Positions 1-11,744 of a stretch of 64,000 nucleotides of DNA are shown piece by piece; position 1 is the stretch's first letter; the number at the start of each line of letters is the position of its first letter. The notes under the pieces were generated by a model. It did not search any database, was not told the origin of the DNA, and was given only the letters and a program-made list of their open reading frames with translations. The DNA comes from Mesotaenium endlicherianum. Taxonomy: Eukaryota. The DNA is taken from contig WELA01001243.1 in assembly GCA_009602735.1 (NCBI GenBank), positions 1 through 64,000 on the forward strand. Reading direction: 5' to 3'. A program made the translations under genes and the position numbers.

Positions 1-906
1 TTCTCCTGCTGGTTGATGACATCAAACTTCTCATGCAACTTCTCGACAAACTCTACCCACGTAGGGTCACCGAGTTCTCGGGCCTTACGCTCTTATACAC
101 CAGTCTGCGGCACTGCCTTTCAGTAGCGCACCGGTGTGCCTGACCTTCTCGTAATCTTGCAGTTCTGGGTAGTTCTCCAGCCACTGCTCAACATCCGCGA
201 GAAACTTGATCAGGTAATATTTTCTGTTTCCCTCAGGATCATGTTCCTGGGGAGGTTTCGGCTTGGGCTTACTAGGCCCTCGGCCACCACCACTAGTGGT
301 TTGAGACCCCAGTTGGTCTCTGTCCCGGAGTAGGGACATTATGATTCTTTTGTCCTCCTGCTGGGACTGATACATGGTCGCCATTTGCGACTGCATCTGA
401 ACGAACAATGCTCCCAAGTCTACATTTTGGGGTGGTAGATTAGCAAATGCAGCAGCAGCATTGGCATCTACTCGCTGAGTAGTGTCCTCAACAATCCCTC
501 TCGCTCCTGCAGCAGCAATTCCTGCCGCATTCAGCCGGTCACGTATTTGACCTAGGGGTACATTGAGTTGTACGGCAGGAGGTGGGTTCAGAACATTGGC
601 CCTTGATGCCATAAGTTCTTCAACAGTGCGCTCATCAGCTGGCTGTCCTTCTCTCCTTTCGGTATCTTCAGCGGCCTTTGCTACTTGTTCAGCTTCTAAT
701 CTGGCTCTCTCCTCCTCAGCTTGCTGTGCTGCGACTACGGCAATAGCAGCTGCCTCATCTGCAGCCTCTCTAGGTGCAGTATTTGCTACTGCTTCAGAAT
801 AGGTACGGGTTTCCGCTACATGGCTTTCCGCCTGGTTTTCGACATTCTCGTTATCCTGGTTCTCCATGTCTCGGGAGTTGCTAGTTTGAGACCTTGTCCT
901 TACCAT
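1..906 (-). pseudogene. gag: gag of a second, tandem family-A chromovirus copy (frameshifted; runs off the window edge)
   Basis: Near-identical to gag at 7507-8985. GCTTTACTGGAAGG is replaced by TAT near 95-97 (net -11 nt), giving a stop at 85. Gag-homologous sequence continues to base 1. Confidence 0.9.
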
Positions 907-940
907 ACAAAGAAGACTGTGATAACTACTCCGATACGTG

Positions 941-1664
941 TGAAATGAATCGACTTACCAAATAGGCGAGTAACAATTAATAAAGATCTTTATATGAGCA
1001 AGTAATCTTTATGGTATTTTCCGTTAACTGGTTAAACGGCAAAGGACAACACACTAGCAGTGAATAATACTCATAAGTCAGATGCGAGTAAACTAGCATC
1101 AATAATGCAAATCAGTAAACTCATACATAAGCAAGGTTAGAAGACAGTGCGTATGAAACAATGGCTTCTCGCCTTGGATTCAGATCTCTCTCAGTAAGCT
1201 GTACAAGAGAGTTGGCCTCGTTTCCGAATGCCGAACTCGAGAGCAATGCCTAGCATATGTACATGGAATGAGTTTACTGTTCAACGGTCAGTGCGATGGC
1301 ACCGCCTACCCGGGAGTTAACCACGTTGGTAGGACCTCGGTTAACCAAATCCACCGCCATCTCCCATCATCCCGAATAGCCATCCATCATGGGGATGTCA
1401 TCTGGCCATTCATCTAGCATGTCGTACTTAGATGCATATCAAGGCAGTTCGCTGCTACCGAGTACGGAAGTCAGCTGGCTGTCAAAGAATGTGTCAGCAA
1501 GCTGACTTAAGTTGACTTCAGCCTGCTGCTTTTGGCCGAGTCATTAAACTGATAATTATGTAAAGTCCAGCAGACTGACTATTAACTAAAGTTCAGCAGG
1601 CTGAACTTAATTAACTATTATATTTAAATGAATATTATATCCACTAATATACTGATTCATTACA
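941..1664 (-). repeat. Family A LTR (3' LTR of the intact copy, also 5' LTR of the tandem copy)
   Basis: Minus strand TGTAATGAA...TTCATTTCA, preceded by the PPT and followed by a degenerate PBS and another gag. Confidence 0.95.
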
Positions 1665-1676
1665 ATCCCTCCAACT
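1665..1676 (-). promoter_or_regulatory. Polypurine tract (plus-strand primer) of family A
   Basis: AGTTGGAGGGAT directly before the TG of the 3' LTR; same motif at 61188-61199. Confidence 0.8.
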
Positions 1677-1777
1677 TAACTTGTTGTCGCCTCGACAACA
1701 TTAAACTGCAGAAATTTTAAATAAGGGAACTGAACCTGACCAGCCTCCCTTACTGACTGCCTCTTCAGCGTGTCACC

Positions 1778-3454
1778 TTAAGGGGTTGTTCCTGGGGCTT
1801 CAGGGTCAGGAGACGGAGATCTGGACCTAGATCTGGACAGCCCTCTAGGTCTGTCAGCTGGCCTTCTAAAGAACCCTGTTTGCTCTAAAGTTGGCCCTCG
1901 GGGAGAACGGAGGATGGTGGCCTGCTCTTCAACTATTTGGGTGTTGATTCCCACATAGACAGGCATTCCAGTAGGATGCTGAAATACATTGGCTAGAGGT
2001 ACATGCCCCTGAGCGGAGGGGGAGGCTGGCATACCTCTGGCCCACCCGCGTGTCCCTCTTCTGGCACCCCTGTCCTCTGGGGATTTCTGTCTGTGTCTGC
2101 TGCCCAGTACCGTCAGATCAGCTTCTTCCCCTGCTTGGGCAGGTGGGCTGGGGGAGCGAGCGCGGGGTCCAGTTGTCGCCATAACGGGGATCACATTCCA
2201 CACACCTGATCGTGGTTCTTTAGGAAGTGCCACTGCCTGTCCCTGGGTATCCTGAGTACCTGCTGCTGATGCTTCTCCTCTGCCTTGTTCTTCTTCCTCA
2301 TCCTCCTCATCCTCCTCCTCGGAGAGAGTAGGGGTCTCGTCCACTAAGTCGTCCTGCTCCCTAGTAGACATGGAGTAGTCTACCGACCTCCCTTTCTTAG
2401 GGCGCGCTGGAGGTTGCTTGGCCTTCAGCCTACTGATATCTATCCGGCCTGCATTCTTTGCCCATTTGACAAAGGCATGCTTTCCCTTAGAGAAGTACTC
2501 TCTTCCCCTCCTCCTATGTTCCTTGGTCTCTGCATTCATATTGCTCAGGCATCCATTCAGCCTGGGGTCCCAAGGGGCAATGTGAGGTGGTAGGATGAGA
2601 TAGCCGTCTAGGCCATAGTGGAAGTCATCCGGTTGGGCTCGGTCACACTCCTGCTTCTTATTTGTGACGGTCATCCACCTCCAGTCTGTTGGCTGCTGGT
2701 AGTACTGGGGTCCGTGCTCAGCCTTCCTCAGTTTACACGGGAACCAGTGGGGAGAGAACATCTGCTGTCCTGCTTCCCTGGCCAAGTACTCCCAGCTCCT
2801 TCTCTCAACTTCATTGTAAGCTGGCAGGAGTGTGAGGTAGAATACCGTATCCTTAAAGCTATCGGGCCGCATGCTCACCATCCGGATGAGTCTCTGATCT
2901 CCCACTATTCCCGGTATGGGGACCGGCTTGTCCTCTGAATCATCTGCGAGATACCGGGCCTGCTCTGCTGTATAGCCCACCATCTTAGCATAATCTTCGT
3001 AAAGGACCACGCCGGTGTGTGTCTCGATGTACCTGTCCAGTGCTGTAGCTCCTTCCTTCTGTAGCAGTGTTGTCTGTTCCAGCCTGTTGATCTCCTGGGC
3101 TGCCAGCAATGCTTCCTTCAGGTTATCGAAGTTTTGGCCACCCACCACAGTATACCTGTAAGTGGCCAAGCTCTTCTGTCTGTCCGCTTCAATCTTTTTT
3201 CTTTTCTCCTCTTCTGCCGCTGCCGCTTCTTCTTGCTGTTTCTTCTGTCTCTCCTCCTCAGCCTTCCTGAGGTTTTCCGCTTCCTGATCCTTCTTCCTCT
3301 GTGCCTCTTCTGCCGCCTCTTGTTGCTTGCGGACCCTTTCTTGTTCTCTCCTGGTGAGGGACGTCGCCGCCAGCTCCTTCTGGTATTGCTCCATTGTCCT
3401 CCTGGCTTCTTCTGCCTTGCGCTTTCTGTCCTCCTTTTGTGTGGTGGGCGCCAT
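1778..3454 (-). CDS. Extra ORF (ORF3) of family A, unknown function: N-terminal E/K/Q/R coiled coil, central W/Y/P-rich segment, acidic tract, RS/SP-rich tail
   Basis: Open frame 1778-3478, likely start ATG GCG at 3454 (MAPTTQKE). Also intact in the second copy at 59386-61086. Confidence 0.8.
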   Translation of the reverse strand: MAPTTQKEDRKRKAEEARRTMEQYQKELAATSLTRREQERVRKQQEAAEEAQRKKDQEAENLRKAEEERQKKQQEEAAAAEEEKRKKIEADRQKSLATYRYTVVGGQNFDNLKEALLAAQEINRLEQTTLLQKEGATALDRYIETHTGVVLYEDYAKMVGYTAEQARYLADDSEDKPVPIPGIVGDQRLIRMVSMRPDSFKDTVFYLTLLPAYNEVERRSWEYLAREAGQQMFSPHWFPCKLRKAEHGPQYYQQPTDWRWMTVTNKKQECDRAQPDDFHYGLDGYLILPPHIAPWDPRLNGCLSNMNAETKEHRRRGREYFSKGKHAFVKWAKNAGRIDISRLKAKQPPARPKKGRSVDYSMSTREQDDLVDETPTLSEEEDEEDEEEEQGRGEASAAGTQDTQGQAVALPKEPRSGVWNVIPVMATTGPRARSPSPPAQAGEEADLTVLGSRHRQKSPEDRGARRGTRGWARGMPASPSAQGHVPLANVFQHPTGMPVYVGINTQIVEEQATILRSPRGPTLEQTGFFRRPADRPRGLSRSRSRSPSPDPEAPGTTP

Positions 3455-3721
3455 CCTGCACATGTAACCAGGGCACAAGTTAGTAGGATATGGACCTTTG
3501 TCATAGGGATTGCAGGAAGTATGTTAGTATTTAGTATAGTGGCTTCGCTGCTGTTTACCTTACAGGATGATTGCTAAAAGTTGACGTAGTTGCGATGCGC
3601 TACACATAAACGTATGAGTGTGTTTTTATCGCTCTCGCTCACTAACTGTCATATATTTTCCCCTCCAACTTAAATGGAGACAGGACCGCCTGTCACCTTC
3701 CCGTGTCAACTGAAATGACAG

Positions 3722-6700
3722 TTATGGAGGGACTCCAGCGGCCCGAAGGTGGAACCGTGTCAACGCCCCTTTGGCATTGGTCAAGTGGTCCTTAAACTCC
3801 CAAGTGTCCCCAGAGGCATCGTAACCCTTCCATCGAATGAGGTATTTCATGACATATTTAGACGATCGACGGACCGAGCGAGCGTCTAAAATCTCATCGA
3901 CCTCATATTCCTCAGGGTCGCCGTCCCGGACAGCGGGGACCGGTCCCGGTTGGACAGGGAACCGACCTGTGAACAGTGTATCACCTTTGATGTACGGTTC
4001 CAGGAAGGAGACATTAAAGACCGGGTGCCCCTTGTATTCAGCTGACATGTTCAGTTTGTAAGCATTCTGACCGACACGACGGACCACCGAATATGGACCG
4101 ACCCAGACAGGGCCAAGCTTTTTCTTGACCACACCAGGGAGGTACAGGTGCTGAGAATGCAGTTTGACTAAATCCCCCTTGGAAAATGTCAGTTCCCGAC
4201 GGTGTTGATTAGCGTATTTTTGTTGGTTTTCTTGGGCCGTGTGCAAGTTTCGTTGGACTTCTGACAGGGTGTCAGCAAACTCCTGAGTTAACTGGAGGGA
4301 GACCGGGTTGTCAATCCCTTCAGGGTGAGTTAAAGATTCCCCTAGCACATCTAGAGGAGACTTAGGGACTCTACCCAGGCTGAGTTCAAAAGGAGTTTTG
4401 CCCGTTGACGCGTGCACCGCACTGTTGACCGCAAACTGAATTTGAGGCAACAGGTCATCCCAATTATCTTGTTTTTGGTTAATATATGCTCTCAGCACCT
4501 CCTGCAGAACTCGGTTAGTTCTTTCAGTCTGCCCATCAGTCTGAGGGTGGTTTGCTGTGCTGAGCAGCTGTTTGACTCCCATTAACCCCATTAAAGCTCT
4601 CCAGAACTTAGAGGTGAATTTTGAGTCTCTGTCTGAGATGATATTAGAAGGGAGCCCATGTTGGCATACTACATGGTTGTAAAACTGTCTCGCTGTTTCG
4701 AGTGCAGTCACTTTGACAGTTGTGGGGATAAAAATGACCATTTTTGTCAGTTTATCCACGACTACCAGTATTGAATCATGCCCGTTGGCAGTTCTTGGTA
4801 GTGAGACCACCCAGTCCATGGATATAGTTTCCCAGCGTCCCGCTGGGATGGGTAGCGGTTGCAAGAGACCTCCGGGTGGTGTGTGCCGAGACTTATTTCT
4901 CTGACACTGGTCACAGGACTTGACATATTTCAAGACCTCCCGGGGTAACCCCTCCCAATGATAATGTTTTGCCAGTTTGCCAACAGTTTTGGCCTGCCCC
5001 AAATGTCCACCCAGGAGACTGTCATGAGCTTGACTCAGTAAGAGAGACCTTATTTCCAAGTTATTAGGAATGACCAGCTTCAGCCTGCCTGAAGTGGTTT
5101 CAGTCACCCAGACCCCTCCCTTAAGCTTATACCCGAGTGCAGTAGCACGACACACACCAGTAGTGGGGCTGGGCTCAAATGTTGGGTCAGAAAGGTAGGC
5201 TTTCCTAAGTTGTTCAAGGAAGGACTTTTTCACCTTTAGTGAAGTGAGTGCACACAGGACTTTATCTACAGCATGCTGACTAAAGTTCCTTTCTTGCAAG
5301 TCAGGTCTTCTAGAGAGTGCATCAGCAGGATTCAACTTCCCTGGTTTGTAGTCGATCTGGACTTGGAACTGCTCCAGCATCTGGCTCCAGCGGTTCTCCC
5401 TCCTCGACAGCTTGGACTTCTTCTGAAAGTGGGTCAGAGCTAGATGATCTGTAATCACCTTAAAAGCTTTACCATGTAAGTATGCTCTCCACTGTTTGAG
5501 TACATGAATGATAGCTAGCAGCTCTTTATCATGCACTGAGTAATTAATCTCCGCTGGATTAAATTTCATAGACTCATACAACACAGGATGCCACTCCTGC
5601 CGTACCTTACCATCCTTTGTGGTTTTGTCAGCAGGCTGCAACAAAATAGCACCCATGGCAAAATCAGAGGCATCAGTAACCACCTGCACCGGTTTGCTGG
5701 GGTCATACACGGCTAGCACTGGGGCAGAACAAAGGGCATCTTTAAGGGTCTGGAAGGCAGCCTGCTGCTCTTCCCCCCACACATACCCGATGTCTTTCTT
5801 AGTAAGGTCAGTCAGTTTACTGGCCTTTGTGGAATAATTCTCAATAAATCTCCTATAGTAGTTAGCCAACCCGAGGAAGGATCTAACTTCAGAGACAGAC
5901 TGTGGTACTGGCCAGTCCCTTATGGTCTGGACTTTCTTAGGATCCACACTGATGCCCTCTTTACTGACAACGTGGCCTAAGAATTCAATACTTTCCTTAA
6001 AGAAATCACACTTGCTCATTTTAGCATACAAGTGATTTTTCCGCAGAGTGTCCAGCACTTTCTTTAAGTGTTCAGTGTGCTGAGCTTCATCTTTAGAGAA
6101 AATTAAAATATCATCCAGGAAAACTTGCACAAACTTATCCAAATAAGGTCTGAAAATGTCATTCATAGCACCCATAAAGGTAGCAGGAGCATTAGTCAGT
6201 CCAAATGGCATCACGTTGAACTCATAGTGTCCATAACGTGTGCGGAAAGCAGTCTTGTGTTCATCCCCCTCAGCAATTCTGATTTGATGATAACCACTCT
6301 TGAGATCTATCTTACTGAACACCTTAGCGCCAGACAGGGTATCAAGCAAGTCCTCGATTCTGGGTAAAGCATACTTGTTCTTTACTGTAATTCTGTTCAG
6401 GGCTCTGTAATCCACACACATCCGCATACTGCCATCCTTTTTCTTAACAAATAGGATAGGTGCGCCGTACGGTGATTTACTGGGAGAAATGTAACCATTT
6501 TCCTCCAGCTCTGCAATCTGTGTTTTCAACTCCTCGCTCTCCAAATAAGACAAGCCATAAGTGCGTTGCCAGGGTGGCTGGCTACCAGGTAATAGATCAA
6601 TCCTATGATCTACTTCCCTTTTAGGGGGTAGTCCTGGAGGCATGTTAAACACATCAGTGTACTGAGCAACAATTTTTGCAGCAGTAGGGTGCTCCGGAGG

Positions 6701-7552
6701 GCTTACCTTTTTCTCAACCACTTCTTCAGGTTGAGGAGGTACCTCTCTTAGCAGCAGACAGAACATTCTGTCTTCCTTCTGGTTCCAGCTTTTGACGAAC
6801 TCCATTGCATTCAGCAACTTGCATCCTTCTGGAAGCCTCTTCTTTTCCTTCATTTGCCATCCACACAGGACAAGAGGAAGAGCACTGGTGGGTGCCAAGT
6901 CAGTCTGCCCATCACTGGCTCCTCTCACTTTAACTGTACCTCTGCTCCAACACACTTCAGCTTGATGTCTATTAAGCCAGGACCTGCCTAGCACGAGATC
7001 ATAAAAGCCAGTGTTGAGTACCTCAAATGTAAGCGTTTCAGTTAGAACTGCAATGCCAGAACCTAACTGGACCTCAATAGGCTTGGTTATAACTCCTCCC
7101 GGGATACTTGAGGCATCTCCAAGGAATATTTTTCTATTCCCTTGGGTGACAGTAGGCAGCCTTAGCCGCTTAACTAAGTCCTTGTGAATAAAAGTATGTG
7201 ACGCCCCTCCGTCAACAAATGCCCTCACCTTCCTACCTGCAATCATGCAATGCAGTAGGATAGGGGGGACTGTCTTTTCCTGACTTTCGCATTGTTCTCC
7301 TGACGTAGCAAAGAAATGTTGGACATCAGGTGGAACAAGAGCATCCAGAGTGTGCACTCTCTGGACGTCTATATTACTGATGGTCTCCTTTATCTGTTTG
7401 TCAGGCATGCATAGTGAATCCAGTTCAGCAGGACCCATAATACCTGCTACGAGGGCAGCTAGTGACGACTCACTATCTCTAGCATCCTCACAGTCAGTAG
7501 ACTGGATTACTGACTGTTGCTGTCTTTTAAAGGCTGGTCTTTTCTCTCGACC
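3722..7552 (-). CDS. pol: Pol polyprotein: aspartic protease, RT, RNase H, integrase with GPY/F and chromodomain
   Basis: FVDGGASH (PR); [24 protein letters not shown] (RT); TDASD (RH); H..GH..C..C plus DDE (IN); [27 protein letters not shown] (chromodomain). The frame is open upstream of the ATG at 7438 and overlaps the gag end in the -1 frame. Confidence 0.97.
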   Translation of the reverse strand, partial: GREKRPAFKRQQQSVIQSTDCEDARDSESSLAALVAGIMGPAELDSLCMPDKQIKETISNIDVQRVHTLDALVPPDVQHFFATSGEQCESQEKTVPPILLHCMIAGRKVRAFVDGGASHTFIHKDLVKRLRLPTVTQGNRKIFLGDASSIPGGVITKPIEVQLGSGIAVLTETLTFEVLNTGFYDLVLGRSWLNRHQAEVCWSRGTVKVRGASDGQTDLAPTSALPLVLCGWQMKEKKRLPEGCKLLNAMEFVKSWNQKEDRMFCLLLREVPPQPEEVVEKKVSPPEHPTAAKIVAQYTDVFNMPPGLPPKREVDHRIDLLPGSQPPWQRTYGLSYLESEELKTQIAELEENGYISPSKSPYGAPILFVKKKDGSMRMCVDYRALNRITVKNKYALPRIEDLLDTLSGAKVFSKIDLKSGYHQIRIAEGDEHKTAFRTRYGHYEFNVMPFGLTNAPATFMGAMNDIFRPYLDKFVQVFLDDILIFSKDEAQHTEHLKKVLDTLRKNHLYAKMSKCDFFKESIEFLGHVVSKEGISVDPKKVQTIRDWPVPQSVSEVRSFLGLANYYRRFIENYSTKASKLTDLTKKDIGYVWGEEQQAAFQTLKDALCSAPVLAVYDPSKPVQVVTDASDFAMGAILLQPADKTTKDGKVRQEWHPVLYESMKFNPAEINYSVHDKELLAIIHVLKQWRAYLHGKAFKVITDHLALTHFQKKSKLSRRENRWSQMLEQFQVQIDYKPGKLNPADALSRRPDLQERNFSQHAVDKVLCALTSLKVKKSFLEQLRKAYLSDPTFEPSPTTGVCRATALGYKLKGGVWVTETTSGRLKLVIPNNLEIRSLLLSQAHDSLLGGHLGQAKTVGKLAKHYHWEGLPREVLKYVKSCDQCQRNKSRHTPPGGLLQPLPIPAGRWETISMDWVVSLPRTANGHDSILVVVDKLTKMVIFIPTTVKVTALETARQFYNHVVCQHGLPSNIISDRDSKFTSKFWRALMGLMGVKQLLSTANHPQTDGQTERTNRVLQEVLRAYINQKQDNWDDLLPQIQFAVNSAVHASTGKTPFELSLGRVPKSPLDVLGESLTHPEGIDNPVSLQLTQEFADTLSEVQRNLHTAQENQQKYANQHRRELTFSKGDLVKLHSQHLYLPGVVKKKLGPVWVGPYSVVRRVGQNAYKLNMSAEYKGHPVFNVSFLEPYIKGDTLFTGRFPVQPGPVPAVRDGDPEEYEVDEILDARSVRRSSKYVMKYLIRWKGYDASGDTWEFKDHLTNAKGALTRFHLRAAGVPP
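7490..7531 (-). promoter_or_regulatory. -1 programmed ribosomal frameshift signal (gag-pol)
   Basis: T TTA AAA heptamer in gag frame, 7-nt spacer, perfect 10-bp stem ACAGTCAGTA / TACTGACTGT with an 8-nt loop. Confidence 0.8.
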
Positions 7553-8985
7553 TTAGGCAGGTGCTTGACCGGACACTGTTCTCTGTAGTGGCCTTTCTGC
7601 TGACAATGGTAGCAAGTAGATTTTGCTGAGGCTGGTCTCGGCTTAGTCCTACCACCACCCCTTCCATAGCCACCTCGAGAGGGACCACCTCTACCTCTAG
7701 ACTGAATAGCATTGTACTCATACTCATATTCATCACCCTGATTATCCTCAGCCTGGTCTCCTTCAACTGCATTGTAGGAACCGTGGGGCTTTTTGACAAT
7801 CTTAGACACCAAAGCGTTACTCTGGCGCTTGTGATTGAACTGCTGCTGATCCCAGGCGTCAGCATCCTGGATCAAGTCAGCCAGTTTCTCATACTTTTTC
7901 TCAGCAAAATGACCAGAGACCTCGGATTTCAAGCCATACCTGAAGTATGCTATCCTATACCGTTCTGGCAAATCAGGCTGCTTCATCATGTTCTCTTGGA
8001 ACTTTTGAGCAAACTCAGCAACTGAAGTGGTCTGCTTCAGTGTCAGGGAGATCATCGCATAGATAGCTTTCTCCTGCTGGTTGATGACATCAAACTTCTC
8101 ATGCAACTTCTCGACAAACTCTACCCACGTAGGGTCACCGAGTTGCCGAGCCTTACGCTCTTCCTTCCAGTAAAGCCACCAGTCTGCGGCACTGCCTTTC
8201 AGTAGCGCACCGGTGTGCCTGACCTTCTCGTAATCTTGCAGTTCTGGGTAGTTCTCCAGCCACTGCTCAACATCCGCGAGAAACTTGATCAGGTAATATT
8301 TTCTGTTTCCCTCAGGATCATAGTCCTGGGGAGGTTTCGGCTTGGGCTTACTAGGCCCTCGGCCACCACCACTAGTGGTGTGAGACCCCAGTTGGTCTCT
8401 GTCCCGGAGTAGGGACATTATGATTCTTTTGTCCTCCTGCTGGGACTGATACATGGTCGCCATTTGCGACTGCATCTGAACGAACAATGCTCCCAAGTCT
8501 ACATTTTGGGGTGGTAGATTAGCAAATGCAGCAGCAGCATTGGCATCTACTCGCTGAGTAGTGTCCTCAACAATCCCTCTTGCTCCTGCAGCAGCAATTC
8601 CTGCCGCATTCAGCCGGTCACGTATTTGACCTAGGGGTACATTGAGTTGTACGGCAGGAGGTGGGTTCAGAACATTGGCCCTTGATGCCATAAGTTCTTC
8701 AACAGTGCGCTCGTCAGCTGGCTGTCCTTCCCTCCTTTGTATATCTTCAGCGGCCTTTGCTACTTGTTCAGCTTCTAGTCTGGCTATCTCCTCCTCAGCT
8801 TGCTGAGCTGCGACTGAGGCAATAGCAGCTGCCTCATCTGCAGCCTCCCTAGCTGCAGTATCCGCTACTGCTTCCGAATAGGTACGGTTTCCCGCTACAT
8901 GGCTTTCCGCCTGGTTTTCGACATTCTCGTTATCCTGGTTCTCCATGTCTCGGGAGTTGCTAGTTTGAGACCTTGTCCTTACCAT
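7507..8985 (-). CDS. gag: Gag with retrotransposon capsid region, RGG tract and CCHC zinc knuckle
   Basis: 492 aa; [46 protein letters not shown]. Confidence 0.95.
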   Translation of the reverse strand: MVRTRSQTSNSRDMENQDNENVENQAESHVAGNRTYSEAVADTAAREAADEAAAIASVAAQQAEEEIARLEAEQVAKAAEDIQRREGQPADERTVEELMASRANVLNPPPAVQLNVPLGQIRDRLNAAGIAAAGARGIVEDTTQRVDANAAAAFANLPPQNVDLGALFVQMQSQMATMYQSQQEDKRIIMSLLRDRDQLGSHTTSGGGRGPSKPKPKPPQDYDPEGNRKYYLIKFLADVEQWLENYPELQDYEKVRHTGALLKGSAADWWLYWKEERKARQLGDPTWVEFVEKLHEKFDVINQQEKAIYAMISLTLKQTTSVAEFAQKFQENMMKQPDLPERYRIAYFRYGLKSEVSGHFAEKKYEKLADLIQDADAWDQQQFNHKRQSNALVSKIVKKPHGSYNAVEGDQAEDNQGDEYEYEYNAIQSRGRGGPSRGGYGRGGGRTKPRPASAKSTCYHCQQKGHYREQCPVKHLPKVERKDQPLKDSNSQ

Positions 8986-9006
8986 ACAAAGAAGACTGTG
9001 ATAACT

Positions 9007-9018
9007 GCTCCGATACCA
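9007..9018 (-). promoter_or_regulatory. Primer binding site, initiator tRNA-Met-like
   Basis: TGGTATCGGAGC 1 nt after the LTR's CA; plant canonical is TGGTATCAGAGC. Confidence 0.8.
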
Positions 9019-9019
9019 C

Positions 9020-9738
9020 TGAAATGAATCGACTTACCAAATAGGCGATTAACAATTAATAAAGATCTTTATATCAGCAAGTAATCTTTATGGTATTTCC
9101 GTTAACTAGTTAAACGGCAAAGGACAATACACTAGCAGTGAATAATACTCGTAAGTCAAATGCGAGTAAACTAGCATCAATAATGCAAATCAGTAAACTC
9201 ATACATAAGCAAGGTTAGAAGACAGTGCGTATCAATGGCTTCTCGCCTTGGATTCAGATCGCTCTCAGTAAGCTGTACGAGAGAGTTGGCCTTGTTTCCA
9301 AATGCCGAACTCGAGAGCAATGCCTAGCATATGTACATGGAATGAGTTTACTGTTCAACGGTCAGTGCGATGGCACCGCCTACCCGGGAGTTAACCACGT
9401 TGGTAGGACCTCGGTTAACCAAATCCACCGCCATCTCCCATCATCCCGAATCGCCATCCATCATAGGGATGTCATTTGGCGATTCATCTAGCATACTACA
9501 CTTAGATGCATCTCGAGGCAGTTCGCTGCTACCTAGTACGGAAGTCAGCTGGCTGTCAAAGAATGGGTCAGCAAGCTGACTTATATGGACTTCAGCCTGT
9601 TGCTTCCGGCTGAGTCATTAAACTAATAATTATGTAAAGTCCAGCAGACTGACTATTAACTAAAGTTCAGCAGGCTGAACTTATTTAACTATTATATTTG
9701 AATGAATATTATATTTAATAATATACTGATTCATGACA
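9020..9738 (-). repeat. Family A 5' LTR
   Basis: Minus strand TGTCATGAA...TTCATTTCA, homologous to 941-1664. Confidence 0.95.
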
Positions 9739-11744
9739 ATTGCATGCCGCGAACATTCGAATACTTAGTACTTTTGTTTTTAACATAGCACGCCATAATT
9801 AAGTTAGAAGAAACACATAGTTCTCTCTTGTGCACAGTTTGTCGCACCTTCCTCTTGAATTAAAGTGTAGTATTCAACATAGGAGGTAGTCTTTTGAGGC
9901 TACCTAGAATGTAACGTCTGGTTATGGCCGATTTCTCTCAGTGTCCCCGCAGAAACTGGCGCTATTCATTATTATACTGCAAGCTGCTTGTGAGTACAGC
10001 AAGCACATGGGGTTCTTAACTCTTCTAATGCACATAATGTTGTATAAGTGTCTGCGGAGATTGTAGTAGCTGATTGAGTGCTTGGGGGTACGTTCAATCT
10101 TTAGTGAACAGGAGGATGACGAAGGTACTAGAGGCATCTTCAGAACTGTTCTTATTGCTTTGAGGGGTCATAATATCTTCACATTTTATTGAGATTAATT
10201 TTTTTCACATGTGGAATGTTATGAAGAGGGTCATGTATAACCTCACTAGATTTCAAAGCTATTACACAAGTTGTACACTCTGGGGGTTGCCTGCCATGAC
10301 TGGTTAAATGACACCTAGAATGGTACTTTTGCGCTTTATCAACATATTTCAAGTGTTACTAAGAACTTGAGTAACTCAACCGATACCGAACCAAAAGGTG
10401 TCAAATTTGGACAGTAGATTCATTGGACCATAATACAACATATAAACCAGATCCCTTGCAATTTCAACAAAATTTGCGCGTTTTGCGGAGGCAACAGCTT
10501 CAAGTGTGCGAAAGTGGACACGTGTCAAACTTTGAGAGGCCATAACTTACATTTCTTTTACAATAACAACTAAATTTTTGCTGATTCAGGTTTATTAGTG
10601 TTACCTGAAATCATATAAAATTTCAGGTCATTTGAAGCAGTCTTGAGCATGGAGTGGTGAGCACAATGACCCTTGTGGAGGGCACTAAATATAGAAATTC
10701 TCCAATGTACACAAATTTGTCAATTTTCATTGAGTTTGCAACTGCTGTAAGAATAATGTATATTTCAATCTGAAACTTTGCCATAGTGTGACAAACACAT
10801 TCATCTTACCATTGAAAAAAACTTGGAGCAATTCCGTTTAAACTGCCAGGTTTTACGCTAAAAAGTACCTATGTGTTCAAAAAAGGGCATATTGGGGTGC
10901 ATGTGTAATTCCACTTATTGACCCATGCATGTTATAATGAGGTGTTCATTCATATAACAACATTTTTCTGCAGGCAAGCATGATAGTTTGGTGACATGAA
11001 GAAAAGGCATTGCGATGGTAGCTATATAGCAAAAAAAAACATAGATAGGTGTCAACATTAGTCTACAGATACAATTTGTCTTCTCATTTAGTATTTGACT
11101 TGAAAACATGTACAGCATACATGATGCACGTGCTTGTCAAGTGTACCCACAAGAAAAAGAGGATATTTAAGATGTGCCACACCAAAATCACCAAAGGAGT
11201 TAGAATTGAGGATCTCTCACATCGACACTAATCAATTGAATGGCCAGGGTTGATAGTATAAGCATTATGGAATTTGAATACATTGATTGAGAATTCTACC
11301 AACCACAAGAAAAATGGTGGTCATAAACTTGACAGAAGAATCTTATAAGCCACACTCTGAATTCCTTTAGGACCCTACAAAGTAAGTGCTTCTAAATAAT
11401 TCTTATCTTATGTCTAGGAAAGTTTGGAAGTATCTAGTGACATCACCAGAAGCAAGCCGAAGACTTCATCAAATAGTGAGTCTCTTTGAACCAATGTTAT
11501 GTGCCATTTAAGTATGTTCCTACCTCTTGCAAAAACATCACACCAAACTGCCTGCCATACATGGTACATATACCCTTAAAGTGGAGCTACAATTGTACGT
11601 GCTCCTTTCAGAATCCAACACATATTTTTATACACATACAAACCACATTATACACAGCTACATAAATACAGAAGATGGAACACAATGACACATTGACATC
11701 CCGGCAAGAGTAGACCAACCCTCTTACAGTCGAGCCGTTGCACT

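Larger units (their letters stand above)
941..9738 (-). mobile_element. Ty3/gypsy chromovirus LTR retrotransposon (family A), apparently intact: LTR-PBS-gag-pol-extra ORF-PPT-LTR
   Basis: Two ~720 bp TG...CA direct repeats (941-1664, 9020-9738), PBS TGGTATCGGAGC, PPT AGTTGGAGGGAT, and uninterrupted gag, pol and ORF3. The flanks (ACGTG / ATTGC) do not form a TSD. Confidence 0.97.

Noticed and set aside
1778..3478. ORF3 as a true envelope glycoprotein
   Set aside because: No signal peptide, transmembrane helix or fusion peptide is visible; the protein is highly charged.
7196..7220. Protease active site DGG rather than DTG/DSG as an inactivating change
   Set aside because: Identical in both copies, and DGG occurs in other plant gypsy proteases.
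9225..9579. Short ORFs (MRINGFSPW..., MAPPTRELT...) recurring in several places
   Set aside because: They lie inside family A LTRs, recur only because the LTR is repeated, and are broken or variable between copies.
10140..11500. AT-rich block with CATAA(C/T)T-like motifs and small hairpins, suggestive of a non-autonomous DNA transposon
   Set aside because: No terminal inverted repeats, TSD or second copy could be identified in the window.
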